From positions 1 through 41,701 of the forward strand of contig DASPPM010000037.1 in the NCBI GenBank assembly GCA_035625535.1: 41,701 nucleotides of DNA, read 5' to 3'. The stretch is from Alphaproteobacteria bacterium. Its GTDB lineage: Bacteria > Pseudomonadota > Alphaproteobacteria > JACZXZ01. The notes below the pieces were generated by a model that saw nothing but the letters and a program-made list of their open reading frames with translations, did not search any database and had not been told where the DNA came from. Within the stretch, counting starts at the first letter, position 1; each line of letters begins with the position of its first letter. This document shows, one piece after another, positions 34,530 through 41,701 of this stretch. Both the position numbers and the translations under genes were made by a program.

Positions 34530-35741
34530 ATGCGCATCCTCGTCCACGACTACTCGGGCCACGCCTTTCCGGTGCAGCTGAGCCGCGCGCTCGCGCGCCG
34601 GGGCCACGAGGTGCTTCATCTCTATGCCGCCTTCTTCCAGTCGCCCAAGGGCAAGCTGGAGCTTGGCCCCGGTGACCCCGCGACGCTTCTGATCGAGGGG
34701 CTCGAGCTCGGCGAGCCGTTCGCCAAATACCGCTTCTTGATGCGCCGCGCCCAGGAGCAGGCCTATGGCGCGCTGCTTGCCGGCCGCGTCGCGGCGTTTG
34801 GGCCCGAGCTCGTGCTGTGCGGGCAGACCCCCCTCGATCCGCTGCGGAATTTTCAGCTCTGGTGTCGCAAGCGCCGCATTCCCTTCGTCTTCTGGATACA
34901 GGACATCTACAGCGTCGCCATCGATCGCTACTTCCGCGCCAGGCTCGGACCGCTCGGCGCCCCGATCGGCGCCTACTATCGGAAGCTCGAGCGTTGCATC
35001 GCGCGGGCGAGCGACGCGATCGTGATGATCACCGAGGACTTCCGGCCCGTGCTCACCGGCTGGGGAGTGGCAGCCGAGCGTCTCTTCGTCATCGAGAACT
35101 GGGCGCCCATCGAGGAGCTGCCGGCGGCACCCCGGCGGAATGCGTGGTCGCGCGAGGCGGGCCTCGACGACAAGATCGTGCTGCTCTATGCGGGCACCCT
35201 CGGTCTCAAGCACAATCCGGGACTGCTCGCGGCCCTCGCGGAGCGCTTTCGCGCCGACCCGCGCATCGCCGTCGTCGTCGTCTCCGAGGGCCTCGGCGCG
35301 GATTGGCTCGCGGCGCGGAAGCAGGCGCTCGGACTCGACAATCTCCGCCTGCTGCCGTTTCAGCCTTATGCGCGGCTGCCCGAGGCGACGGCTTCGGGCG
35401 ACGTGCTCGTGGCCATCCTCGAGCCCGACGCGGGCGTCTTCTCGGTGCCGAGCAAGGTGCTGAGCTATCTCTGCGCCGGGCGCGCGCTGCTCGCCGCCAT
35501 TCCCGCGGCCAACCTCGCCGCCCGCGTCATCCTGCGCGAGGAGGCGGGTCTGGTGTGCGATCCGCGCGACGAGGCGGGCTTTGTCGCCGCAGCTGAGCGG
35601 CTCATTGCCGACGCCGCGCTGCGCGCGCGCATGGGCAAGAACGCCCTGGACTATGCCCGCAAGACCTTCGATATTGACGGCGTCGTCGCCGGTTTCGAAG
35701 CGGCGTTCGCGCGCGCGGAGGCGAGGGTGCCTCTGCCATGA
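34530..35741 (+). CDS. Glycosyltransferase family 4, WcaI/WbuB-like
   Basis: GGAGAG lies upstream of the ATG at 34530. MRILVHDYSGHAFPVQLSRALARRGHEVLHLY... is followed by IVLLYAGTLGLKHNPGLL and a C-terminal GT-B domain. Confidence 0.8.
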   Translation: MRILVHDYSGHAFPVQLSRALARRGHEVLHLYAAFFQSPKGKLELGPGDPATLLIEGLELGEPFAKYRFLMRRAQEQAYGALLAGRVAAFGPELVLCGQTPLDPLRNFQLWCRKRRIPFVFWIQDIYSVAIDRYFRARLGPLGAPIGAYYRKLERCIARASDAIVMITEDFRPVLTGWGVAAERLFVIENWAPIEELPAAPRRNAWSREAGLDDKIVLLYAGTLGLKHNPGLLAALAERFRADPRIAVVVVSEGLGADWLAARKQALGLDNLRLLPFQPYARLPEATASGDVLVAILEPDAGVFSVPSKVLSYLCAGRALLAAIPAANLAARVILREEAGLVCDPRDEAGFVAAAERLIADAALRARMGKNALDYARKTFDIDGVVAGFEAAFARAEARVPLP

Positions 35742-35775
35742 TTGAGGACGTCTCCTCGACCACGCCCGAGATCGC

Positions 35776-37239
35776 ATGATGGACCGCTCCGCCCTTCTCG
35801 CCCGGGCCCAGGCGCTTGCCGGTGCCGACGTGCTCTGCCTCGGCGACGTGATTCTCGATCGCTACGTCTACGGCACGGTCGAGCGCGTCTCCCCCGAGGC
35901 GCCGATCCCGGTCCTGCGCATCGTGCGCGAGCGCACCATGCCCGGCGGCGCCGGCAACGTGGTGCGCAACCTGGCCGCCCTTGGCGCGCACGCGCGTTTC
36001 CTTTCCGTCATCGGCGCCGATGCGGCGGGGCGCGAGGTCGCCGAGCTGCTCAAGGCGGCGGACCGCATCGAGTCATCCCTCCTCGTCGAGGAGGGCCGCG
36101 AGACGAGCGTCAAGACCCGCTTCGTCGCGGGTATGCAGCAGCTCCTGCGCGCGGATCGCGAGAGCGTGCGGCCGATCGCGGCGGCGAGCGAAAAGGATCT
36201 TCTCGCGCGCCTCGCGGCCGAGCTCAAGAAGGCGGGCGTCGTGGTGCTCTCGGACTACGGCAAAGGCGTGTTGACCGACAAGGTGCTGGGCGAGGCCATC
36301 AAGGCATCGGCTGCCGCGGGACGTCGCGTAGTGGTTGATCCCAAGGGTAGCGATTACGCCTGCTACCGCGGCGCCGATCTGGTGACCCCGAACCGCGCGG
36401 AGCTCGCACTCGCCTCCGGCATGCCGGTCGAAAGGGACGACGACATCGTCGCCGCGGCGCAAGCACTCATCGAGCGCTGCCGCTTCGGCGCAGTGCTCGC
36501 CACGCGCGGTGCCGACGGCATGACGCTTGTCACCGCCCGCGGCCAGGTCGACCACCTCGCGGCCGAGGCGCGCGAGGTCTTCGACGTCTCGGGCGCCGGC
36601 GACACCGTGGTGGCAACGCTCGCGGCGGCGCTTGCGGTCGGGCTCGATCTCGTCGATGCCGCGCGGCTCGCCAACGTCGCGGCGGGGATCGTGGTGGGCA
36701 AGGCCGGGACCGCGGTGGCATACGCAGACGAGGTGTTCGCGGCCCTTCACACCCAGGCGCTGATGAGCCATGAGGCGAAGATCGCGCCCCTTGCCCAGGC
36801 GCTCGACCGCGTCGAGACCTGGCGGCGCCAGGGCCTCAGGATCGGCTTCACCAACGGCTGCTTCGACCTCTTGCATCCCGGCCACGTGGCGCTCTTGGCC
36901 CAGGCGCGCGCGGCCTGCGATCGGCTCGTGGTCGGGCTCAACGGCGACGCCTCGGTGGCACGCCTCAAGGGCAAGGGCCGGCCGGTGCAAAGCGACGCCG
37001 AGCGCGCGGTGGTGCTCGCCTCGCTCGCCAGCGTCGACCTCGTGGTGATCTTCGCCGAGGACACGCCCATCAAGCTCATCGAGGCGGTGCGCCCCGACGT
37101 GCTGGTCAAGGGTGCCGACTACACGCGCGAGACCGTGGTCGGCGGAGCATTCGTCGAGGGCTATGGCGGCAAGGTGATCCTCGTGCCGCTTACCCCCGGC
37201 CACAGCACGAGCGCGACGCTCGAGCGCCTGGCGCGTTAA
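35776..37239 (+). CDS. hldE: Bifunctional D-glycero-beta-D-manno-heptose-7-phosphate kinase / heptose-1-phosphate adenylyltransferase
   Basis: The N-terminal half is a pfkB-type kinase ([15 protein letters not shown]...[17 protein letters not shown]). The C-terminal half is a cytidylyltransferase ([19 protein letters not shown]). The protein is 487 aa. Confidence 0.93.
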   Translation: MMDRSALLARAQALAGADVLCLGDVILDRYVYGTVERVSPEAPIPVLRIVRERTMPGGAGNVVRNLAALGAHARFLSVIGADAAGREVAELLKAADRIESSLLVEEGRETSVKTRFVAGMQQLLRADRESVRPIAAASEKDLLARLAAELKKAGVVVLSDYGKGVLTDKVLGEAIKASAAAGRRVVVDPKGSDYACYRGADLVTPNRAELALASGMPVERDDDIVAAAQALIERCRFGAVLATRGADGMTLVTARGQVDHLAAEAREVFDVSGAGDTVVATLAAALAVGLDLVDAARLANVAAGIVVGKAGTAVAYADEVFAALHTQALMSHEAKIAPLAQALDRVETWRRQGLRIGFTNGCFDLLHPGHVALLAQARAACDRLVVGLNGDASVARLKGKGRPVQSDAERAVVLASLASVDLVVIFAEDTPIKLIEAVRPDVLVKGADYTRETVVGGAFVEGYGGKVILVPLTPGHSTSATLERLAR

Positions 37240-37679
37240 AGCGAGGCTTCGGGATCGAGTAGGCGCTGAAGGCGCGCGCTTGCCGCGATGGCGAAGCTCA
37301 AGACGAGCGCGCGGCGGCGCGAGCCGCGCATGGGCGGCAGGCTGGGCGAGGGGCGCAAGACCACGCTCTCGTAGGAATCGGCGACGATGAGCCCGCAATC
37401 CTCGGGCAGGATGAGGCGCGGGAAGCCCTCCGGCACCGCGAAGAAGAAACTGTCGCAAAAGGGCAGATACTCGGGCCATTTCTGGTCGGCGCGGAAGTCG
37501 GCTTCCGAGGTCTTGATCTCGACGATGGCAATCTCGCCGGCGCCGTTCACCCCGATCACGTCGGCGCGCCGGCCGTTCCTCAAGGTGAACTCGGTGAGCG
37601 CGCCATAGCCGAGCGCGTGAAGCGTGCGGCACACCCCGCGCGCTAGCCGGCTCGCGTCCCGGATTTCCACCATCGTCAC
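37236..37679 (-). CDS. mmcB: MmcB-family DNA repair protein (PD-(D/E)XK nuclease fold)
   Basis: The [32 protein letters not shown] core is typical of MmcB-like proteins. The start is GTG at 37679, or the ATG at 37673. Its 3' end overlaps the hldE stop by 4 nt (convergent). Confidence 0.75.
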   Translation of the reverse strand: MTMVEIRDASRLARGVCRTLHALGYGALTEFTLRNGRRADVIGVNGAGEIAIVEIKTSEADFRADQKWPEYLPFCDSFFFAVPEGFPRLILPEDCGLIVADSYESVVLRPSPSLPPMRGSRRRALVLSFAIAASARLQRLLDPEASL

Positions 37680-37967
37680 GCTTTGAGCCCACCCCTAGAA
37701 GAGCGCAAGAGCCGCCATCATAGCGGGGATCGGCAGGTGCGGAAAAGGCGCCAGGCCGGGGCTCTCCGTAGCGCGGCTCGCGGCCCTTCGCGAGCACTGC
37801 AGCCGCGGTATTTTTGAGCTGCCAAGAGACGCGGGCGCCCCCTTTTTGTCATACGACTCTGGGCCAAACGCCACACTTCCGCCCCACTCCTGTGCGAGTT
37901 AATATAGCTACAGGCATCGCAGCCCAGCGCCGGCCAACTGTGCCAAAGGCGTCTCAGGCTGTCCTGG

Positions 37968-37994
37968 GCCCTGCCTCAGGCGGGGCTCTTCTTT
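37968..37994 (+). terminator. Orphan intrinsic-terminator-like hairpin with a U-tract (plus strand), with no annotated upstream plus-strand gene
   Basis: gccctgcc (37968-37975), loop tca, ggcggggc (37979-37986): 8 bp including one G-U pair, extendable by 2 bp. It is followed by tcttcttt (37987-37994) and lies 75 nt upstream of the ATG at 38069. Confidence 0.4.
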
Positions 37995-38068
37995 GAGCGC
38001 AGGGCGGACGGTGTTCGCCCGTATCGGTGCATAGGCAAGCAGGCAGGCATGTTCAAGGAGGCCAGACA

Positions 38069-38440
38069 ATGAGGATCTTGGACATACTGAGGCGCCCCTT
38101 GGTTGTGGGCGCAGTCGTGCTGACTGCGATGACCGCGCTGGCGGCAACGCCGGCGGCCGCACGCGTCTTCGTCGGCGTCGGCGTGGGCTTCCCAGTATTT
38201 GGGCCCTACCCTTACTACCCCTACTACCCCTACTATCCCTATTATTACGCGCCGCCAGCCGCCTATTACCCGCCGTATTACGCGGCCCCGACCGCGGCGG
38301 CGCAGCCAGCAGCGCCGGCGGCGGCGCCTGCGCAGTCCTGGTACTACTGCGACAACCCGAAGGGCTACTATCCCTACGTGCAGTCGTGCAGCAGCGGCTG
38401 GCGCCAGGTGCCGGCAACGCCTCCGGGTGCCACGCAATAG
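38069..38440 (+). CDS. Small exported Pro/Tyr-rich protein with a two-cysteine C-terminal motif
   Basis: AAGGAGG lies 7 nt upstream of the ATG at 38069. The signal peptide is MRILDILRRPLVVGAVVLTAMTALAATPAAA/RV. A GPYPYYPYYPYYPYYYAPPAAYYPPYYAAP tract follows. The C-terminus is SWYYCDNPKGYYPYVQSCSSGWRQVPATPP. Confidence 0.75.
   Translation: MRILDILRRPLVVGAVVLTAMTALAATPAAARVFVGVGVGFPVFGPYPYYPYYPYYPYYYAPPAAYYPPYYAAPTAAAQPAAPAAAPAQSWYYCDNPKGYYPYVQSCSSGWRQVPATPPGATQ
38204..38248 (+). repeat. In-frame 9-bp tandem repeat encoding (PYY)n
   Basis: The sequence reads ccc tac / cct tac tac / ccc tac tac / ccc tac tat / ccc tat tat / tac. That is four near-identical 9-bp units inside the CDS. Confidence 0.85.
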
Positions 38441-38486
38441 GGTCCGACGCAGCATCGGCGCTGAGCTGAAGCGCATGACGCGGCGA

Positions 38487-38523
38487 GGACGGCCGGGGTG
38501 ACCCGGCCGTCCTTGTTGCATTT
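38487..38523 (+). terminator. Rho-independent terminator of the Pro/Tyr-rich protein gene
   Basis: ggacggccggg (38487-38497), loop gtga, cccggccgtcc (38502-38512): 11 perfect bp. It is followed by ttgttgcattt. Confidence 0.8.
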
Positions 38524-38670
38524 GAGGCACCCCTGGAATCTGATGGCGAATCCGATGGCGCAGGAAGAGCAGGAAGAAGCGCCTCGGCGCGTATCATCGG
38601 GCGTGTTAGGGAAGTCGCGTCGCAGCTCTCTGGGCGTCAGGCTCTCTCTCGGAATTCTTGGAGGAAACTA

Positions 38671-39237
38671 ATGAATCTTCGCAACATCGCCCTTGTCTCC
38701 TTCGCGGCGCTTTCACTGGGCGGCGCCGCGGCTCTCGCTCAATCCTCACCCCCCGCCGGCGCTCCGCCCGCCGGCGCTCCGCCGCACCATCACCACCAAA
38801 TGTCACGCGCCGAGATGTGTACGGTGCACCAAGCGCACATCGCCGGCCACATGGCCTTCCTTGAGGTCAGGCTCAATCTGACGGCCGAGCAGAAGGCCCT
38901 TTGGACCAAGTGGCGCGAGGCGCTCGCCCCCGGGATGGAGAAGGCGCACGCCATGTGCATGGAGCGCGCGGCGAAGCCGGAGGCGCCCCGGAGCATCGTC
39001 GAGCGGGCGGCCGAGGCGCAGCAAATGCTGGCGGCGCGGGCGGCCAGCTTAGCTGCGGCCCAGCCGGCGCTCACGGCCTTCTATAACGCGCTGAAGCCTG
39101 AGCAGAAGGCCATTCTCGACCGTCCCATGGGGCGGTGGGGCCATCACGGAGGCCACCACGGGGGCCACCATATGGAAGGCAAGGGTGACGGCTGGCACCA
39201 TCATCAGCCTGGCGACGAGCAGAAGAAGAGCGAATAG
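38671..39237 (+). CDS. Periplasmic Spy/CpxP/ZraP-family protein with His-rich termini
   Basis: GGAGGA RBS. The signal peptide is MNLRNIALVSFAALSLGGAAALA/QS. An LTxxQ motif is present (LNLTAEQKALW), plus a related LKPEQKAIL. His clusters are HHHHQ near the N-terminus and GHHGGHHGGHHMEGKGDGWHHHQ at the C-terminus. Confidence 0.8.
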   Translation: MNLRNIALVSFAALSLGGAAALAQSSPPAGAPPAGAPPHHHHQMSRAEMCTVHQAHIAGHMAFLEVRLNLTAEQKALWTKWREALAPGMEKAHAMCMERAAKPEAPRSIVERAAEAQQMLAARAASLAAAQPALTAFYNALKPEQKAILDRPMGRWGHHGGHHGGHHMEGKGDGWHHHQPGDEQKKSE

Positions 39238-39580
39238 GGCGTGCCACTGGCGCCGCCGCTGCATCCCTAAGGCGGCCACCTCGCGCGAGGCGGTCAAGCG
39301 CCCGAGTCGCTGACGCCCCCGAGTCGCGGCCCGGGGCGCTGGGCACCTCCCTTTGAGCAGTAGAGGCGACCCCGCGGGCCGCCGGCGCAAGCCGGCGGGC
39401 GCGGGATTCCTCTGTCGCCTGCGGAAATTTCAGCGATAATGAGAGCGGGCCTGCGAGGTGTCCGTGCGCCGAGCCATGGGCGCCTCGCGATCCGGGCGGG
39501 GATGGGCCACCGTCTGCAGCGCGGGTGCGGGGAGGCGTGCGCCTTCGCGGCCGAGAGGTGGCAAGCGGCGATGGAAGGGC

Positions 39581-40345
39581 ATGATCGAGGCTCGTGAACT
39601 CTACAAGTCGTTCAGCGGAGTGCATGCGGTCCAAGGGGTCAGCTTCATCGCGCGCGACGGCGAGATCACCGGCATCATCGGACCGAACGGGGCCGGCAAG
39701 ACCACCATTCTGCGCATGATCTACACCGTGCTTGCCCCGGACTCGGGCAAGACGCTGGTCGACGGCATCGACGCCGAGCTCGACCGGCGCGCGGTGCAGC
39801 GCCGCTTGGGCGTGATGCCCGACGTGCGCGGCCTCTATCCGCGCCTGACCGCGCGCGAGCACGTGCGCTATTTCGGCGAGCTGCATGGCCTTGAGGCGCA
39901 CGAGATCGAGCGACGCACGGCCGAGCTCGTCAACACCCTCGCCATGGCGGACTTCATCGACCGGCGCGCCAAGGGTTTCTCGCGCGGCCAGCAGATGAAG
40001 GTGGCCTTGGCAAGGGCGCTCGTGCACAACCCGCACAACGTCATCCTCGACGAGCCGACGAACGGTCTCGACGTGGGCACAAGCCGCTCCGTGCGCGAGC
40101 TTCTCCGCCGCTTCCGCAGGGAGGGCCGCTGCGTGCTCCTCTCGAGCCACATTATGCAGGAAGTGGCGGCACTCGCGGACCGCATCGTCATTCTCTCGGA
40201 CGGGCGCGTGGCCCTCCAAGGAACGCCCGACGAGCTCCGCGAGTCGACCGGCGTCGACGAGCTCGAGGATGTCTTCATGGCAGCGACGATGGCTCTGCCG
40301 GCGGACCGCGCGGCGCCTGCGGCGCTCGGCGCGGTCGCGGACTGA
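39581..40345 (+). CDS. ABC transporter ATP-binding protein (NatA-like)
   Basis: Starts at the internal ATG at 39581, preceded by GGAAGGG. MIEARELYKSFSGVHAVQGVSFIARDGEITGIIGPNGAGKTT (Walker A) is followed by FSRGQQMKVALARAL (signature) and VILDEPTNGLD (Walker B). Confidence 0.9.
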   Translation: MIEARELYKSFSGVHAVQGVSFIARDGEITGIIGPNGAGKTTILRMIYTVLAPDSGKTLVDGIDAELDRRAVQRRLGVMPDVRGLYPRLTAREHVRYFGELHGLEAHEIERRTAELVNTLAMADFIDRRAKGFSRGQQMKVALARALVHNPHNVILDEPTNGLDVGTSRSVRELLRRFRREGRCVLLSSHIMQEVAALADRIVILSDGRVALQGTPDELRESTGVDELEDVFMAATMALPADRAAPAALGAVAD

Positions 40346-40348
40346 GCC

Positions 40349-41521
40349 ATGTCGACCATCGCCATCGTCTTTCGCAAGGAGATGACCGATAATCTGCGCG
40401 ACCGGCGCAGCATCCTGGTGGCGATGATCTATCCGCTCATGGGCCCGCTCCTGCTCGGTCTCCTCTTCAGCTTCGTCGGCAGCATGCTCAAGACCGAGCA
40501 CGGTCCGGGCCGGCCCGTCGAGGTCGCCGTCGTCCACGCGGAGAATGCGCCTGAATTCACCCGCTTCCTCGAGGCGCACGGTGTCGTCATCCGCCCGGCC
40601 CCGGACGACCCTAAAGCCGCGGTGCAACGCGACGAGCTGCCCTTCGCGCTCGTGCTTCCGGAGCGGCCCGCGGCCGCAAGCGCCACGCCGCTCGAGGTCA
40701 CGGTGGTGACCGACCCCGCGCGCCTCGACAGCATCGTGGCGAGCGGACAGATCCTCGACATCCTGCGCGACTACGAGCGCGAGACGACGGCGGCGCGACT
40801 CCGCGCCAAGGGCCTCGATCCAGGCGTCATGACCTCGCTCCGCGTCATGCACGAGAACGTCGGCCGCGCCGCCAACCTCGGCTTCATGTTCCTCAACATG
40901 ATCCCGCCGTTCCTCATGTTCACGCTCTTCATCGGCGGCGTCTATCTCACGCTGGATGCCACCAGCGGGGAGCGCGAGCGCGGCTCCTTCGAGCCCTTGA
41001 TGATCAATCCCGTGACCCGCTCGCAGGTGCTGATCGGCAAGCTTGCCGCCGCCGTGGTTTTCACCTTGCTGGCGCTTGCCGTGCAGGTGGTCGCCTTCTG
41101 GATCATGCTTCACTCGATACCGCGGGAGGCGCTCGGAATCGGCACGCTCCCGAGCGTCATGCATCTCTCGCTTCTGGTTCCGGTCTGCGTGCCGCTCGCC
41201 GTCTTCGCGGTGGCGACGCAGCTCATCATCACGGCGGTGACCCGGAGCATCAAGGAGGCGCAGACCTACCTCGGCCTCTTGCCGCTGGTGCCGGGCATCG
41301 CCGGCATGATTCTCGTCTTCGTTCCCGTCAAGGTGCACTCGCTGCTCGCCTCGATCCCGACCTTCGGGCAGACGCTGCTCATGGGCCAGATGATGCGCAG
41401 CGAGGCGGTGAGCTGGTCGCTCATCGGCGTCTCCGTGCTGGCGACGCTGGCCTTCACCTTGGCCCTTCTGGCGCTCGGCTTCCGGCTCTACGAGCGCGAG
41501 GGCATCCTCTTCCCGAGCTGA
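40349..41521 (+). CDS. ABC-2 family permease (NatB-like, with a large extracytoplasmic loop after TM1)
   Basis: MSTIAIVFRKEMTDNLRDRRSILVAMIYPLMGPLLLGLLF is followed by a ~140-aa loop and then 5 more TM segments. It lies 3 nt downstream of the ATPase gene. Confidence 0.85.
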   Translation: MSTIAIVFRKEMTDNLRDRRSILVAMIYPLMGPLLLGLLFSFVGSMLKTEHGPGRPVEVAVVHAENAPEFTRFLEAHGVVIRPAPDDPKAAVQRDELPFALVLPERPAAASATPLEVTVVTDPARLDSIVASGQILDILRDYERETTAARLRAKGLDPGVMTSLRVMHENVGRAANLGFMFLNMIPPFLMFTLFIGGVYLTLDATSGERERGSFEPLMINPVTRSQVLIGKLAAAVVFTLLALAVQVVAFWIMLHSIPREALGIGTLPSVMHLSLLVPVCVPLAVFAVATQLIITAVTRSIKEAQTYLGLLPLVPGIAGMILVFVPVKVHSLLASIPTFGQTLLMGQMMRSEAVSWSLIGVSVLATLAFTLALLALGFRLYEREGILFPS

Positions 41522-41535
41522 GGGGCGCGCGAGCT

Positions 41536-41701
41536 TCATTCGTCCGCGCGGGCGGCGCGCAGGCGTTTCAAGGCGGAGCGCCGTGCCTTGTCCGCGAGTC
41601 GCCGGCGGGAGGCGCTTGCCGAAGGCTTGGTCGGCTTGCGCGTGAGAGGGGGGACCGCGGCGCGCGCGATGAGCTCGATCAGCCGCGCGAGCGCCTCTCG
41701 G
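41536..41701 (-). CDS. arfB: Peptidyl-tRNA hydrolase ArfB (YaeJ), C-terminal tail only; 5' part lies beyond the window
   Basis: Hand translation of the minus strand gives ...REALARLIELIARAAVPPLTRKPTKPSASASRRRLADKARRSALKRLRAARADE*. The basic tail pattern (R.PT.P...RRL..K...S..K..R) matches the ArfB C-terminus. Confidence 0.6.
   Translation of the reverse strand, partial: REALARLIELIARAAVPPLTRKPTKPSASASRRRLADKARRSALKRLRAARADE

Noticed and set aside
39071-41539. Very long antisense ORFs: 822 aa here, plus 17344..19173 (609 aa), 9251..11320 (689 aa), 32425..34389 (654 aa), 36073..37797 (574 aa) and 34311..35777 (488 aa).
   Set aside because: Each lies opposite a gene with clear family motifs. 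Their translations are Arg/Ala/Gly/Asp-rich low-information sequence, typical of stop-poor frames in high-GC DNA, and contain no recognisable domains.
1-41701. CRISPR arrays, tRNA/rRNA genes, IS elements, integrases, toxin-antitoxin pairs or known phage-defence genes.
   Set aside because: I saw no repeat-spacer periodicity, no T-loop-like GGTTCGAATCC-type motifs and no transposase, integrase, helicase or nuclease-type ORFs. The one exception is MmcB, a housekeeping-type repair protein. This was a visual scan only, and a covariance-model or HMM scan would be needed to be definitive.

Overview
This is a GC-rich segment (roughly two-thirds G+C by eye, not computed) that looks like an alphaproteobacterial, Rhizobiales-type chromosome, dominated by cell-envelope glycan genes. 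From left to right it contains:
- The 5' part of cobS (minus strand, runs off the window), downstream of an ABC-2 exporter pair.
- The redox two-component system regB-regA (actS-actR / prrB-prrA type).
- A ~480-bp noncoding leader.
- An EPS secretion and assembly cluster: exported low-complexity protein, beta-barrel OMP, short GumB/Wza-like OPX lipoprotein, GumC/ExoP-type PCP-tyrosine autokinase, membrane proteins, Wzy/O-antigen-ligase-like protein, and a priming polyprenyl-phosphate sugar-1-P transferase.
- Two tandem BTLCP (LapG-family) secreted cysteine-protease paralogs, divergent from a Cache-PAS membrane sensor whose HD-GYP domain has lost its catalytic residues.
- A PPP-type phosphatase.
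- A visibly lower-GC stretch: MFS transporter, small ORF, two LysR gene fragments, DsbA-like HCCA isomerase, CmcJ/NvfI-like protein, and two intact LysR regulators.
- A second glycan cluster: second Wzy-like protein, GT4, GT9 heptosyltransferase, GT4, NodU/CmcH carbamoyltransferase, WcaI-like GT, and hldE.
- mmcB, a Pro/Tyr-rich exported mini-protein, a His-rich CpxP/Spy-like protein, a NatAB-like ABC pair, and the 3' end of arfB.
I recognised no rRNA, tRNA, CRISPR array, transposase or integrase. Most long track ORFs lying antisense to these genes are high-GC artefacts. The most unusual thing I can support is the module of two BTLCP proteases plus a dead-HD-GYP receptor attached to the EPS operon. 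It may be a LapD/LapG-like periplasmic proteolytic switch built from different parts. That is a hypothesis, not a demonstrated system.
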